DNA of 64,000 bases, taken from a bacterium (GTDB taxonomy: Bacteria; Bacteroidota; Ignavibacteria; UBA10030). A program made the translations under genes and the position numbers. How positions within the stretch are numbered: position 1 is the first letter of the stretch; each line of letters opens with the position of its first letter. Of the stretch, positions 39,501 through 49,212 are shown one piece after another. The notes below the pieces were generated by a model, which saw nothing but the letters and a program-made list of their open reading frames with translations, was not told the DNA's origin and made no database searches. The stretch covers positions 317,126 to 381,125 of the forward strand of contig JAZDJN010000087.1 in the NCBI GenBank assembly GCA_043803945.1, written 5' to 3'.

Positions 39501-40544
39501 AGTATCGATAGTATTAACGGCAAGCAACCAACGGACACGATCACCGTCCCTATCCTCGGCAAGACAAAGCTTGCAGGTTCTGTACGGAAAGCTGATGGTT
39601 CGCGATGGGCTTCCTTTCAGGGACGTGCATTGCTGGAAGTCTTTGACTCTAAACGTACAGTAATGATACCCGAATGGGGCAATTTTTCCTATTCTGTCAA
39701 TGGCGGCTTAATTTATCGTGGAGAAATCTCCGTCCGCAATGGTTCCTACAACGCCATCTTTCCTGTGCCGAAGGATATCTCCTATGATAAGAATACCGCA
39801 CGCGTCTCCCTGTATGCGTGGAGCGATTCTCTTGATGCGAGCGGATTCACGGAAAACCTCATTTTCGGCGGCAGTGCGACCTCAGGAGAACAAGACACCA
39901 CCGGCCCAACGATAACAATTAAACTCGATGATGCAAATTTTCAATCAGGCGATTTTGTTAAGTCAGCATCGACCATCATTGTAGATCTGTACGATCAGAA
40001 TGGGATCAATACTTCAATTGCAGGGATTGGCCATCGTCTGGAAGCGTCTCTCGATCGATCCCGTACTATTGATCTCACGAATTATTACCGGGCCAATCTC
40101 GATACCTACCAGAGCGGTCGTATTGAATACCCGTTGAAAGAAGTGGCGGAGGGGAAGCACACGCTTGAGGTTAAGGCCTGGGATATTCACAACAATTCCT
40201 CTATGGCAGAAACTTATTTTGAGGTGAAATCGGAAGAACGGTTCGGCATCGACGATGTCTATAATTATCCAAATCCCTTCAACCATTCAACACAGTTTAC
40301 GTTCCGAAGAGGATCGTCTGAACCGATTTCGGTTGAAATAAAAATATATACTGTCGCGGGCAGGCTTATCGAGACGCTGCGCCGCGAATCGGTCTCCGAT
40401 CGATTTGTCCGCATTCCCTGGGAGGGAAGGGATCGGGATGGCAATGAGATTGCCAATGGAGTATATCTGTATAAAGTGATCACAACGTCGCTTGATGGAT
40501 CTTCAACGAATGAGGTGCTAGGAAAATTGACCGTGATGCGTTGA
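36558..40544 (+). CDS. porU: Type IX secretion system sortase PorU (peptidase C25)
   Basis: GDWYKF..TATGIYKID, IRIFGNGG, FNEFSSG, catalytic NYIGHG and ATC, LFGDP, KAWDIHNNSS and C-terminal YNYPNPF sorting domain. Confidence 0.9.
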   Translation: MRILLIIALEITLGLSLLAQGVSDVRILEEDASSITIEYLPQVGTGSVKGEDGRFYTRFEFLHRVNDAAQAGALLTSYRSLLLHLPSKNSTLTILSAEYQDTTGINPAAFPRFESSQGLGLTAIYPPLSLQTTSMGFQPSLAVTLNDVGEARGFLLGTLKLYPVQISAGQSKARIYSRLILKITFSTPHQSGQRISDFIQGAFPISNPRGILTKTTGITGDSPLATGDWYKFDVTATGIYKIDQAFFTKANISLGSLGNINTIRIFGNGGKELPENQETSRPNGLQEIARLVIDNNGNGQLDADDAILFYAKAVRDWQYNQDGNRFQHYINHYTETNTYFLTFGGTTQGKTMGTIASSARSDAYVPPDCLGKTFHEKEALNFLDSGREWAGEQFDSTTAVQVFTTSLPGIDTTKPLLYRAVFYGQSESDGMFYLEESGKSIGAPVLLPSTPNFTSVYQPRAYQTPVQEWWTRASISGERSSLRIRYAVAAQLGPSKGFLDWFEIHYRQRFEAVSDLLVFHAPDTSAVVEYRLSKFSSRNVYAFDISDHNYVRLITNLLFDPADQSKVTFQVSQTSGALKEFAVVGPQGFKTPANLRKITNSNLSGVADKIDFIIISPSEFLIEAERLKSHRMNRDQLNTIVVNIDHIFNEFSSGVPDPTAIRDFLFMAYKSWKIPPKYVLLLGGANFDYRNIRSTVRNWIIPYESSSSLHPLGTYTSDDYFVLLEPNNERISMAIGRMPVRSVTEAKDVIDKIIQYEIASPFHTWRNRITFVADDAITPSYDNEYMHTTQTDELAERFTPAGIQKDKIYLVEYPTVLSASRRLKPTVNQAIVDAVNKGTLILNYIGHGSPVVWADEYVFVQADDFPKLQNDGLYFLCVAATCDYARYDDDRKVSAGEQLLTLQNRGAIAVITAARVVYSNENAAFNNTLYENIFKRDAVGQQLRLGDALWATKQTRYGPNDHKYHLFGDPTMRLATPRLTASIDSINGKQPTDTITVPILGKTKLAGSVRKADGSRWASFQGRALLEVFDSKRTVMIPEWGNFSYSVNGGLIYRGEISVRNGSYNAIFPVPKDISYDKNTARVSLYAWSDSLDASGFTENLIFGGSATSGEQDTTGPTITIKLDDANFQSGDFVKSASTIIVDLYDQNGINTSIAGIGHRLEASLDRSRTIDLTNYYRANLDTYQSGRIEYPLKEVAEGKHTLEVKAWDIHNNSSMAETYFEVKSEERFGIDDVYNYPNPFNHSTQFTFRRGSSEPISVEIKIYTVAGRLIETLRRESVSDRFVRIPWEGRDRDGNEIANGVYLYKVITTSLDGSSTNEVLGKLTVMR

Positions 40545-40612
40545 TACCGAATGCCTTGCAGTGTTCTGCAGGGTGAACTATACTTCCATAACGAATAAAG
40601 GAGGTCACGTCC

Positions 40613-40987
40613 ATGGCCCGACGATCGGTAGCACGCTCGCACGTTCATCTAATAGAATCCCCGCACCAAACCGGTACGGGTTCTCTCACAACGAACAAGG
40701 GAGTTGAGCAAGTACCTTCAGGAAGAGGAACAGCTCAAATTTTTTCTTTGAAGAATATTGAAGAAGGCGGTCACACCTCGCATGCTTCTGGTGCGGGAAC
40801 GAAACGAAGAATGAAACCGTGCATTCTTCTACCATTCGTTTCCAGAACTCGGGGCAAGGGAGGAAATCACTTAACAGTCGAAGAACTTTACCGGCAGTCC
40901 CAACGAGTAGAGAGCGAACTCTCTGCCGCGGTGAAGTGTACTTTGAACCTCATCCGTTCTTCCGCTTTAGGAGGGGAGAAGAGGTGA
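40613..40987 (+). CDS. Hypothetical 124-aa protein between porU and porV
   Basis: Perfect AAGGAGGT SD before the ATG; no recognisable motif. Confidence 0.4.
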   Translation: MARRSVARSHVHLIESPHQTGTGSLTTNKGVEQVPSGRGTAQIFSLKNIEEGGHTSHASGAGTKRRMKPCILLPFVSRTRGKGGNHLTVEELYRQSQRVESELSAAVKCTLNLIRSSALGGEKR

Positions 40988-41092
40988 GAAGCGGTTCATC
41001 ACTGATATGTTGAATATCACTGTAAATTAGACTAATTTATCCATGCCGGCATTCACAATGCGGGATTATTGTCAAAATTGGAGGATGTAGAT

Positions 41093-42196
41093 ATGTTTAA
41101 GGAATTTTTTGCTGTGGCAATTGTTTTACTGATGGTATGCTTTGAGACTGCTGTATCACAGGTTGCAACATCAGCAGTACCATTTCTGATGATTTCGCCA
41201 AACGCACGTTCCAGCGCCATGGGTGAAGCAGGTGCTGCGCTTGCGAATGATGCTTCGGCATCGTTTTGGAACCCTGCTGGACTTGCTTTCCAGAATGGCT
41301 CGGAAATCAGTCTCTCGCATGCCAACTGGCTGCCCGCATTTCAGTTATCCGATATGTTCATCGACTATGCGGTCTACCGGCGGAGCATGCCCGAACTGAG
41401 TGGAACTGTTGCGGCAAGCATAACCTATTTGAACCTTGGCAAATTCAATCGAACTGAAAATTCACCGGATGTTCTTGAAACCTTTAGTGCCTATGAGTTC
41501 GCTGTGACAGCCGGCTATGCAACCCAATTAAGTTCGACCTTTGGTATTGGAGTCAACGGACGGTATATCTATAGCCGGTTGGCACCATTCGCGACGGCAG
41601 AGGAACAAGGTAAAGGAACAGCCTCGGGATTCAGTTTCGATGTGGGACTCCTCTATAAACCCCAATCGATCCCCATTCCCTTCACCGACCTCGACCTCGG
41701 TGGGCGGCTGAATATCGGAATGAACGTTTCGAATCTTGGTCCGAAAATGACCTATATCGATGAAGCACAGGCAGATCCGCTCCCAACGAATTTCCGTCTG
41801 GGACTTGCGTTCAAGATCATCGATGACGAGTACAATCAGTTCAGCGCGGTTGCCGATGTCAATAAGCTGCTGATCAGGAAGAAGGATAATACATCCGATC
41901 CATTTTACAAAGCGATCTTCACTTCTTGGGTCGATAGATCATTCAAGGAAGAATTGCGTGAATTTGTGTCAAGCGTCGGTGTGGAATATTGGTACGATAA
42001 ATTTGTGGCACTCCGCGCAGGATTCTTCTATGAAGATCCTCAATATGGCAATCGTAAATTCCTGACGTTCGGTGCCGGTCTTCGCTACGATATTTACGGT
42101 TTTGATTTTAGCTACATCAACACATTCGAAGAGCAGCATCCGCTCGGTGAGACTCTACGTTTCTCATTGCTTATTTCGTGGGGGGGAGCACAATAA
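41093..42196 (+). CDS. porV: Type IX secretion outer-membrane shuttle PorV
   Basis: AVPFLMISPNARSSAMGE, FWNPAGL, SNLGPKM, LPTNFRLG, GNRKF and PLGETLRFSL. Confidence 0.9.
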   Translation: MFKEFFAVAIVLLMVCFETAVSQVATSAVPFLMISPNARSSAMGEAGAALANDASASFWNPAGLAFQNGSEISLSHANWLPAFQLSDMFIDYAVYRRSMPELSGTVAASITYLNLGKFNRTENSPDVLETFSAYEFAVTAGYATQLSSTFGIGVNGRYIYSRLAPFATAEEQGKGTASGFSFDVGLLYKPQSIPIPFTDLDLGGRLNIGMNVSNLGPKMTYIDEAQADPLPTNFRLGLAFKIIDDEYNQFSAVADVNKLLIRKKDNTSDPFYKAIFTSWVDRSFKEELREFVSSVGVEYWYDKFVALRAGFFYEDPQYGNRKFLTFGAGLRYDIYGFDFSYINTFEEQHPLGETLRFSLLISWGGAQ

Positions 42197-42241
42197 GCAA
42201 CCGGAGTTTTAAATTTCTCTCTCTGAATTGCCGAGGGACCT

Positions 42242-45200
42242 ATGCTCATTCGTAGCATCACTCTCGCTCTTCTGGTATCGTCTGTATCCGCCTTTGCACA
42301 AACCCGCCCTCTGGTTGTTCAAAATCAACGGGGCGGGGTTCTCTATGCGCAGCAGGCTGATGTCCGATCGATGGCTTCGCAGGATACGATATCAGTCCTT
42401 GCGGTTATGGTAGATTTCCAAGCCGATACCGATACCATGACGACTGGAAATGGGAAATTTCAATTGTCGGCCACATCGGTTCCGCTGATCGATCCCCCGC
42501 CGCATGATTCCTCCTACTTCTCCGACAAGCTTCGCTTCCTGACAAATTACTTCAGGAAAGTGTCGAATGGAAAAGTCAACATCAAATCGGAGGTCTTCGG
42601 GAAAGTTATCACGCTGCCGCAGAAGATGTCGAGTTATTCGCCTCCGAAAGATGGTTCGAATGAAAAGCTCTTGGCCGATTTTGTCGTTGCCAGTTGGCGG
42701 ATTGCCGACTCATTGTTCCCTCAAATCCAATTTAGCAAGTACCAGGCATTCGTCCTCTTCCATGCCGGTGTCGGGAGGGATTTCGATCTTGTGAGTCTTC
42801 TGGGAAGCGATCCAACTCCTTTTGATATCCCTTCGATCACGTTCAACCTCAATCTGTTTCGGAAGTATCTGAAGAATCCTGGCTTTGCAGGAATTCCGGT
42901 CGATGGCGGTACGAGGTTCATCACAAATTCACTCATCCTCCCTGAGACAGAGTCGAGGCCGATTCGCACGATCAGTCGGCTTGATACTCTTCAGTTAAGT
43001 GTGAACGGATTGCTGGCAAATTCATTCGGAAGCTTTCTCGGGCTTCCTGATCTGTTCGATACAAAAACCGGACGTACTGCAATCGGAGCATATGGGTTGA
43101 TGGATGGAGCGAGTATTGGAACCTTCAATGGCCTCTTTCCACCAGAACCATCGGCTTGGGAGAAGGTCCATCTCGGATGGGTTCAACCGATAACTGTCCC
43201 GGACGGGTTGGCGTCAATTTCTCTCCCTGCGGTCGGACTCACCCAGGCTGGCATGGATACGATTTATAAAGTCCCGATCAGCGATAGCGAATATTTTTTG
43301 ATTGAAAACCGCAGCCGCGATCCACAAATGAATGGCCAACACATCACTGTGCGGCAGGGGAGTTCTCTGACAACGGTCTCCTTTATGCGTGATTCAACAG
43401 GATTTATCACCGATGATGCCAGCCGCGTTTCCGGCAGTGTTATTGATGTCGAAGATTTTGATTGGGCGTTGCCGGGATACATAGGTGCTGAACCGGAATT
43501 TCACGGCGGGGGAATCCTGATCTGGCATATTGATGAGGATGTCATTCAGCGTGGACTCGAAACAAACGAAGTTAATGCCGATCCGGACCATCGGGGTGTC
43601 GATCTTGAGGAAGCAGATGGTGCTCAGGATATTGGCCGAACGTACGGTATCACTGAACCTGGTGTTGGTACTGAAAATGGATGGGCACTCGACTATTGGT
43701 TTTCAGAGAACATCGCTATTCCTTATCGCAATAGTTTCGACAAAAATTCTTTCCCCAACAGCAATAGTTATACGGGAGCAAAAAGTCTTGTCTCCATGAC
43801 GAACTTTAGCGGCCGCTCCCCGCGTATGACTGTTCTTGTCCAGCGGGGTGATGTTCAGATAACGCGGCTTACGGCATTGACAAAACAATTTTCCCCATCT
43901 GCCAATCCGATACCACCGACAGTATTTTCCAGATCAATTGCATGTGCGATCAACAACAACGTTTATCTCTTCACCAATCAGGGGACTTCCCGGACAAAGG
44001 ATCCAACGGGACAGTTGGCTTCCAAAGGAGGACAATTTGCTCCTGCAGGTTATGAGGCGGGGACGAATGGATTGGTGCTGGTTGGAGCACAAGACAGTTC
44101 AATTGTCATCTGGAATTTGACAGACAACAATAACGATTTACTCTATGAATCAATCCGTGATACCGTCATCACATTAGATGCCCGTATCTCAACACCCCCG
44201 ATGATTACGGATATTGCACTCCTTCGGGCCATTATAGTCGGAACGGAGAGAGGAACGGTGTGGCAGCTTAGCGTTACCGGATCTCTCATAAAGAAAATCA
44301 GTACGGCAACACTGGCAATCACTTCGATTGGTACACTTCCTTCGGCAAGCCTCTCGCGGCCGTATGAACTTTTCTGGACTGCAGCCGATATGCTCTATTC
44401 TGAACAGTCGTCATTCCGGCTGCCGGATGCCTCACTGCCCTGGATGCTTATTGGTGTCGGATCTGCTCAAGCGAATTATCTTGCTGTTGCACAAAAGGGT
44501 GGAAGACGAATTACTGGAGTGGACAGATCACTTGGAGAATTATTGTTTGATAACAATCTTCCCAGCGGATCTATTCACTCACTTTCGGCGGCAGATATTG
44601 ATGCCGATGGAAGCAAAGATATTGTTGTTAATGCAGGAACAGAACTCTACGCTCTCAATCGATCCGGCGTGGTTCTCTCGGGATTTCCAGTCAAGCCGCG
44701 AACGCCAGCGTCCATTGCCGGCAATGAACTGCTCGCAGATGTGAACGGCGATTCGTTTACCGAGATTGTTTCGGTAGACTCGAATGGAGTTCTCTATGCA
44801 TGGGATCGAAGGGGAAAGAATATTGATAGTTTCCCACTTCAACTCTCGGGCAGAGGAACGTCATTGTCTGCATTGTTCGAAACCGCACAGCAGCGTTTGG
44901 GATTGCTTGCCCTCTCATCTTCCGGAGCCATGAATGCAATAGAATTCAAACAGTCTTATCGAAAAGAAATTGTACACTGGGGGCAGTATCTTGCCGATGC
45001 AAACCATCATAATGGCACTGGTTCGGTTGATTCGGTGCGCATATCTCCCAGTCAGGAATTTTTCCCGAAAGCTAAAGTATACAACTGGCCAAACCCGGTC
45101 TACGGTTCTTCTACTCAAATACGATTTTCCTGTTTGGAAGCTGCCGATGTGCGGGTGAAAATTCTCGACCTTGCCGGGACGCTCATCGCTGAATTACAGG

Positions 45201-45340
45201 GACACGCCCTGGCAGGAATTGAGAGCGAGTTAACCTGGAATGTCTCCAATATTCAGAGCGGGATCTATCTTGCCCGGGTAGAAGCGATAGGCTCAAACAA
45301 GCGTGATGTCGTCATTATTAAAATTGCCGTTGTGAAATAA
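42242..45340 (+). CDS. T9SS cargo: M6 (immune inhibitor A)-like domain lacking HExxH, FG-GAP repeats, CTD
   Basis: LFHAG, LGLPDL, SAWEK..LGW, EYFLIENR, GILIWHIDE, DLEEADG, ADIDADG / ADVNGD and YNWPNP...SGIYLA. Confidence 0.75.
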   Translation: MLIRSITLALLVSSVSAFAQTRPLVVQNQRGGVLYAQQADVRSMASQDTISVLAVMVDFQADTDTMTTGNGKFQLSATSVPLIDPPPHDSSYFSDKLRFLTNYFRKVSNGKVNIKSEVFGKVITLPQKMSSYSPPKDGSNEKLLADFVVASWRIADSLFPQIQFSKYQAFVLFHAGVGRDFDLVSLLGSDPTPFDIPSITFNLNLFRKYLKNPGFAGIPVDGGTRFITNSLILPETESRPIRTISRLDTLQLSVNGLLANSFGSFLGLPDLFDTKTGRTAIGAYGLMDGASIGTFNGLFPPEPSAWEKVHLGWVQPITVPDGLASISLPAVGLTQAGMDTIYKVPISDSEYFLIENRSRDPQMNGQHITVRQGSSLTTVSFMRDSTGFITDDASRVSGSVIDVEDFDWALPGYIGAEPEFHGGGILIWHIDEDVIQRGLETNEVNADPDHRGVDLEEADGAQDIGRTYGITEPGVGTENGWALDYWFSENIAIPYRNSFDKNSFPNSNSYTGAKSLVSMTNFSGRSPRMTVLVQRGDVQITRLTALTKQFSPSANPIPPTVFSRSIACAINNNVYLFTNQGTSRTKDPTGQLASKGGQFAPAGYEAGTNGLVLVGAQDSSIVIWNLTDNNNDLLYESIRDTVITLDARISTPPMITDIALLRAIIVGTERGTVWQLSVTGSLIKKISTATLAITSIGTLPSASLSRPYELFWTAADMLYSEQSSFRLPDASLPWMLIGVGSAQANYLAVAQKGGRRITGVDRSLGELLFDNNLPSGSIHSLSAADIDADGSKDIVVNAGTELYALNRSGVVLSGFPVKPRTPASIAGNELLADVNGDSFTEIVSVDSNGVLYAWDRRGKNIDSFPLQLSGRGTSLSALFETAQQRLGLLALSSSGAMNAIEFKQSYRKEIVHWGQYLADANHHNGTGSVDSVRISPSQEFFPKAKVYNWPNPVYGSSTQIRFSCLEAADVRVKILDLAGTLIAELQGHALAGIESELTWNVSNIQSGIYLARVEAIGSNKRDVVIIKIAVVK

Positions 45341-45405
45341 GTAGCTGCCAGGTGAGTTCCTTGCTTCGTTTCAAGTGTGTTGGATCTGCATGCAGCGAGT
45401 GAAGA

Positions 45406-46071
45406 ATGGTTCGGACGATCGTACAAAAAGTTCTTTTATCAATTTTGTTTCTCTTTGCGCTCTCCGGTTGTGAGCGGGAAATCCCTGTAGCATCATCAAA
45501 CAGTAGTACGCAGGGCTATCGGATTGAAGGATTCATACTCGATGGGATGGGGAAACCTTTAAGTCGAGTTCCCATCAGACTCTCGTATTTTATCGACTTC
45601 GTCGATACATTAAATCGACCCAGTCGATTTTTTGTCACTGATACGACAGCAATCATCCGCGTTGCGGCTTATACAATGGAGAATCAGCTTCTCAAGATTC
45701 TATTCCAGGGAAGGGCGGTAAAAGGCGAGTTCAAAGCGGGATGGGACGAAACCGACTCGCTAAATGCTCCTGTTCTGAACGGCGTATATACCATTCAGTA
45801 TTTTATCGGTACAACAAAGAAGTATGCCGATACGGTATTAATCAATAGTCACATTGTTACACAGACCGACAGTATCGGGTATTATGTTATTCCACAGCAA
45901 TTGCTGCCGATGGGATACTTTCCGATCCCGATACTGAATTCAAGCGGAAAGTGGATCGGCCGGGGAGAGATTGCACCCTATGTGCGCCTGGATCTTTTGC
46001 TCAATCCCGAGCATCGGCTGTATGTGGATGTGAAAAAAGATCGTGTCACGAGGTACGATGTTCGAATTTAA
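45406..46071 (+). CDS. Hypothetical lipoprotein with a FlgD-Ig-like segment
   Basis: Lipobox LSGC and WDETDSLNAPVLNGVY. Confidence 0.65.
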   Translation: MVRTIVQKVLLSILFLFALSGCEREIPVASSNSSTQGYRIEGFILDGMGKPLSRVPIRLSYFIDFVDTLNRPSRFFVTDTTAIIRVAAYTMENQLLKILFQGRAVKGEFKAGWDETDSLNAPVLNGVYTIQYFIGTTKKYADTVLINSHIVTQTDSIGYYVIPQQLLPMGYFPIPILNSSGKWIGRGEIAPYVRLDLLLNPEHRLYVDVKKDRVTRYDVRI

Positions 46072-46081
46072 TAAATTGATC

Positions 46082-49000
46082 ATGCAAAAACGTTCAGGCA
46101 TTTTTTTTCTGCTTCTCTTCATGGTGGGATATTCTCTCTTCGGACAGGATGAGGGCTTTCATCATCCGGAGTTACAGTGGAAAACGATAGAAACCGAACA
46201 CTTTCTTGTGCACTATCATGGTGGAGCGGAGCGCTCCGCCCATGAAATTGCCAGGATCGCAGAAGAGATTTACCATCCCATCACGGCCTTGTATCAGCAT
46301 GAACCGGATCAAAAGGTGAGCCTTGTCATCCGTGATCATGATGACTATTCCAACGGCGCGGCATATTTCTATGATAACAAGATAGAATTCTGGGCGCCGG
46401 CTCTTGATTTCGATCTTCGCGGAACACATCCCTGGCTGCGTGATGTCGTCACGCACGAATTTACTCACATCATCCAGATCCAAACAGCGATGAAACTCGG
46501 AAGAAAATTCCCCGCCATCTATTTTCAGTGGCTTGGGTATGAAGCCGAGCGAAGGCCGGATGTTCTGTATGGGTACCCGAATGTCATCGTATCCTATCCT
46601 CTTTCAGCGTTTGTTGTACCGAGCTGGTTTGCTGAAGGTGTTGCGCAATACAACCATCCCGATTTTGAGTACGATTATTGGGATACCCATCGTGATATGA
46701 TTCTTCGGATGTATATGCTGGATGGCAACCCTCTTTCATGGGAAGAGATGTCGGTGTTTGGAAAAAACAGTCTGGGGAACGAGTCCTCGTATAATGCGGG
46801 CTTTTCGATTGTCCACTATATCGTCGATCATTATGGCCTTGAGTCATTGAAGAAACTTTCATTGGCATTGAGTTCGCTGAGCCGTGTCACGATCAACGGT
46901 GCTATTCAATCGGTTCTGGGTAAATCGGGTGAATCACTCTACCAGGAATGGCGGGCAGAAAAAGAGTCTCATTACCGGACGATTGCGGAGCAGATCACAC
47001 CACGGAAGGTCGAAGGGACTCTCATCGAAAAGGAGGGATTCGGCAATACCCATCCGGTTTTTTCTCCCGATGGTAAACGGCTCGCGTACATATCGAATAA
47101 AGGAGAAGATTACTTCTCACAAAGCAGTGTCTATCTCTGCGATTTCGAAACGGGTAAGACAGAGCAGTTGGAAATTGGTATACGATCCACGATTTCTTTT
47201 TCCCCGGACAGCCGGTTCCTGTACTACTCAAAACTCTCGAGAGAGAATCCCAACTGGTCACAGCTCTTCGATCTCTATCGCTATGATTGCAAGTCTAAAA
47301 CCGAAGAACGGCTGACGCATGCTTTGCGAGCCATGAATCCCAAGCTATCACCTGATGGGACCTCGCTTGTCTTTGTGTTCGGCAACGATGGCACGATGAA
47401 CCTTGGCGTTGTGGATTCCATTGGGAATAATTTTCGTGCACTAACCTCCTTCAAGAATGGTGAACAAGTCTATACCCCTGTCTGGTCTCCCGATGGGAAG
47501 ACCATTGCGTGCGGCTATTCTCAGGGATTTCGTCAATCGGTGGCGCTTATTGACGCAGATGGAAAAAATTTCCGCGTGCTCACCCATGGCAGCGATTCAC
47601 GCACTCCCGAGTTTTCAAAGGATGGCAAATCACTCTACTTCTCCAGTGATCAAACCGGCATCTTCAATATCTATTCCATGGAACTTGATACCAGAATGGT
47701 CTGCCAGATAACCAATGTACTGGGTGGCGCATTTGCACCTGCCACCAATAGCGATGGTACACTGGCGTATGTTGGCTATACCTCAGGAGGATTCAAAATC
47801 CTGCACCTGAAGAACCCGACACCGCTTGAAAGCGCTCAACGATCTGCCTCAAGCAGTGCAACTGTGACTGTTGTCAGCAAAGCGGACCCAACACCTGCGG
47901 CAATCAAGATCTCTGAGCCGCGTCCCTATCACAACACCTTTAGCAGCCTTTCGATTATCCCTTTGATCAGGCTCGATAATTACAACACCCATAATAAGGG
48001 ATTGGATATTCTGCGCGGCGGTATTTATTTCTATTCCGGCGATATGCTGGATAAGCTATCTCTTTTTGGCGCGGCGGCGATCAATTCACGATTTGAACGT
48101 GACCTCTTCTTCACCCTGGACTACCGGGATGCTGTACCCCTCTTCTATCAAGCAGGTTTGCGACCGACGGTTTCTCTGGAGGCCTATAACATTTCCCGCA
48201 AGACGGATGTTTCTCTGACGATGTACACCGATCGGGAGTATGAAATTCCAGCCGAAGTCACCTACAACCTCATCGAGTTTGTTGTTGCGATGAAACAGAA
48301 GCTGCTCGATGAACACAGCGATCTGAGAGTTTCCTATACGCACAGCCGCTATAATGCCGATGTCAGTTCATTTGTTATTCCGACGGTCGGGATCTCACCC
48401 GGTTTTCAAAATGTGTACCTGGTCGGTAATAATCTTCAAATGGAATTCTCTCATGAGGATATCCACCCCACCGTGGACAAGGATATCAATCCGATTGGCC
48501 GAACATTCAAGCTGCGCTATTCGTATGAGTTTTCAAAGTTCAACCCTGAAGGGAATTATGAAATCGAAAGCGGTCTGCTTGTTCCGCAGTACACACACCC
48601 GAAATTTCAGCGTCTGGAATTATTTTGGAATGAATATCTAAAGCTTCCCTTTCCGAAACATACCCTCACGCTCTCGCTCCATGGTGCCAGTATGTTTGGA
48701 AAGCAGGTCGATGACTTTTTCGATTTCTATGCAGGTGGATTTACGGGGATGCGCGGCTACCCGTTTTACTCAATGGGCGGCAGTGAACTATTCACTTTCA
48801 ATATTGCGTATCGGTTTCCGATTGTCAAAGCGATCAATTTCCGCGTCGCACAATTCTACTTCACCAAGCTTTACGGTTCAGTCTTTGGTGATGTGGGGAA
48901 TTCATGGCGGGGCAGCCTCTCTACGGTAAAGGGATTCAAGTCGGATGCCGGTTTCGAATTGCGCTTGGAAGCATTCTCTTTCTATCAATATCCAACCCGT

Positions 49001-49159
49001 ATCTTCTTCAGCGGTGCATATGGATTTGACCGATTCACACGCGATTTCCGAAGTGTCGATGTGACCTATGGAAAAGAGTGGAGGTTTTATCTCGGAGTGC
49101 TGTTCGGATTTGAATTAACACCTCACAACGAGCGGTTCCGTCCGATTGAATATCGATGA
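46082..49159 (+). CDS. Gluzincin peptidase + TolB/PD40 beta-propeller + Omp85-like barrel fusion
   Basis: THEFTH...WFAEG, repeated P.FSPDG / WSPDG, and GGFTGMRGYP with amphipathic C-terminal strands. Confidence 0.75.
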   Translation: MQKRSGIFFLLLFMVGYSLFGQDEGFHHPELQWKTIETEHFLVHYHGGAERSAHEIARIAEEIYHPITALYQHEPDQKVSLVIRDHDDYSNGAAYFYDNKIEFWAPALDFDLRGTHPWLRDVVTHEFTHIIQIQTAMKLGRKFPAIYFQWLGYEAERRPDVLYGYPNVIVSYPLSAFVVPSWFAEGVAQYNHPDFEYDYWDTHRDMILRMYMLDGNPLSWEEMSVFGKNSLGNESSYNAGFSIVHYIVDHYGLESLKKLSLALSSLSRVTINGAIQSVLGKSGESLYQEWRAEKESHYRTIAEQITPRKVEGTLIEKEGFGNTHPVFSPDGKRLAYISNKGEDYFSQSSVYLCDFETGKTEQLEIGIRSTISFSPDSRFLYYSKLSRENPNWSQLFDLYRYDCKSKTEERLTHALRAMNPKLSPDGTSLVFVFGNDGTMNLGVVDSIGNNFRALTSFKNGEQVYTPVWSPDGKTIACGYSQGFRQSVALIDADGKNFRVLTHGSDSRTPEFSKDGKSLYFSSDQTGIFNIYSMELDTRMVCQITNVLGGAFAPATNSDGTLAYVGYTSGGFKILHLKNPTPLESAQRSASSSATVTVVSKADPTPAAIKISEPRPYHNTFSSLSIIPLIRLDNYNTHNKGLDILRGGIYFYSGDMLDKLSLFGAAAINSRFERDLFFTLDYRDAVPLFYQAGLRPTVSLEAYNISRKTDVSLTMYTDREYEIPAEVTYNLIEFVVAMKQKLLDEHSDLRVSYTHSRYNADVSSFVIPTVGISPGFQNVYLVGNNLQMEFSHEDIHPTVDKDINPIGRTFKLRYSYEFSKFNPEGNYEIESGLLVPQYTHPKFQRLELFWNEYLKLPFPKHTLTLSLHGASMFGKQVDDFFDFYAGGFTGMRGYPFYSMGGSELFTFNIAYRFPIVKAINFRVAQFYFTKLYGSVFGDVGNSWRGSLSTVKGFKSDAGFELRLEAFSFYQYPTRIFFSGAYGFDRFTRDFRSVDVTYGKEWRFYLGVLFGFELTPHNERFRPIEYR

Positions 49160-49212
49160 CAAGCAATAAGTGCAAAGAAAGATTTAACCAGCAGAGTATG
49201 GAGGCTGTTCCA

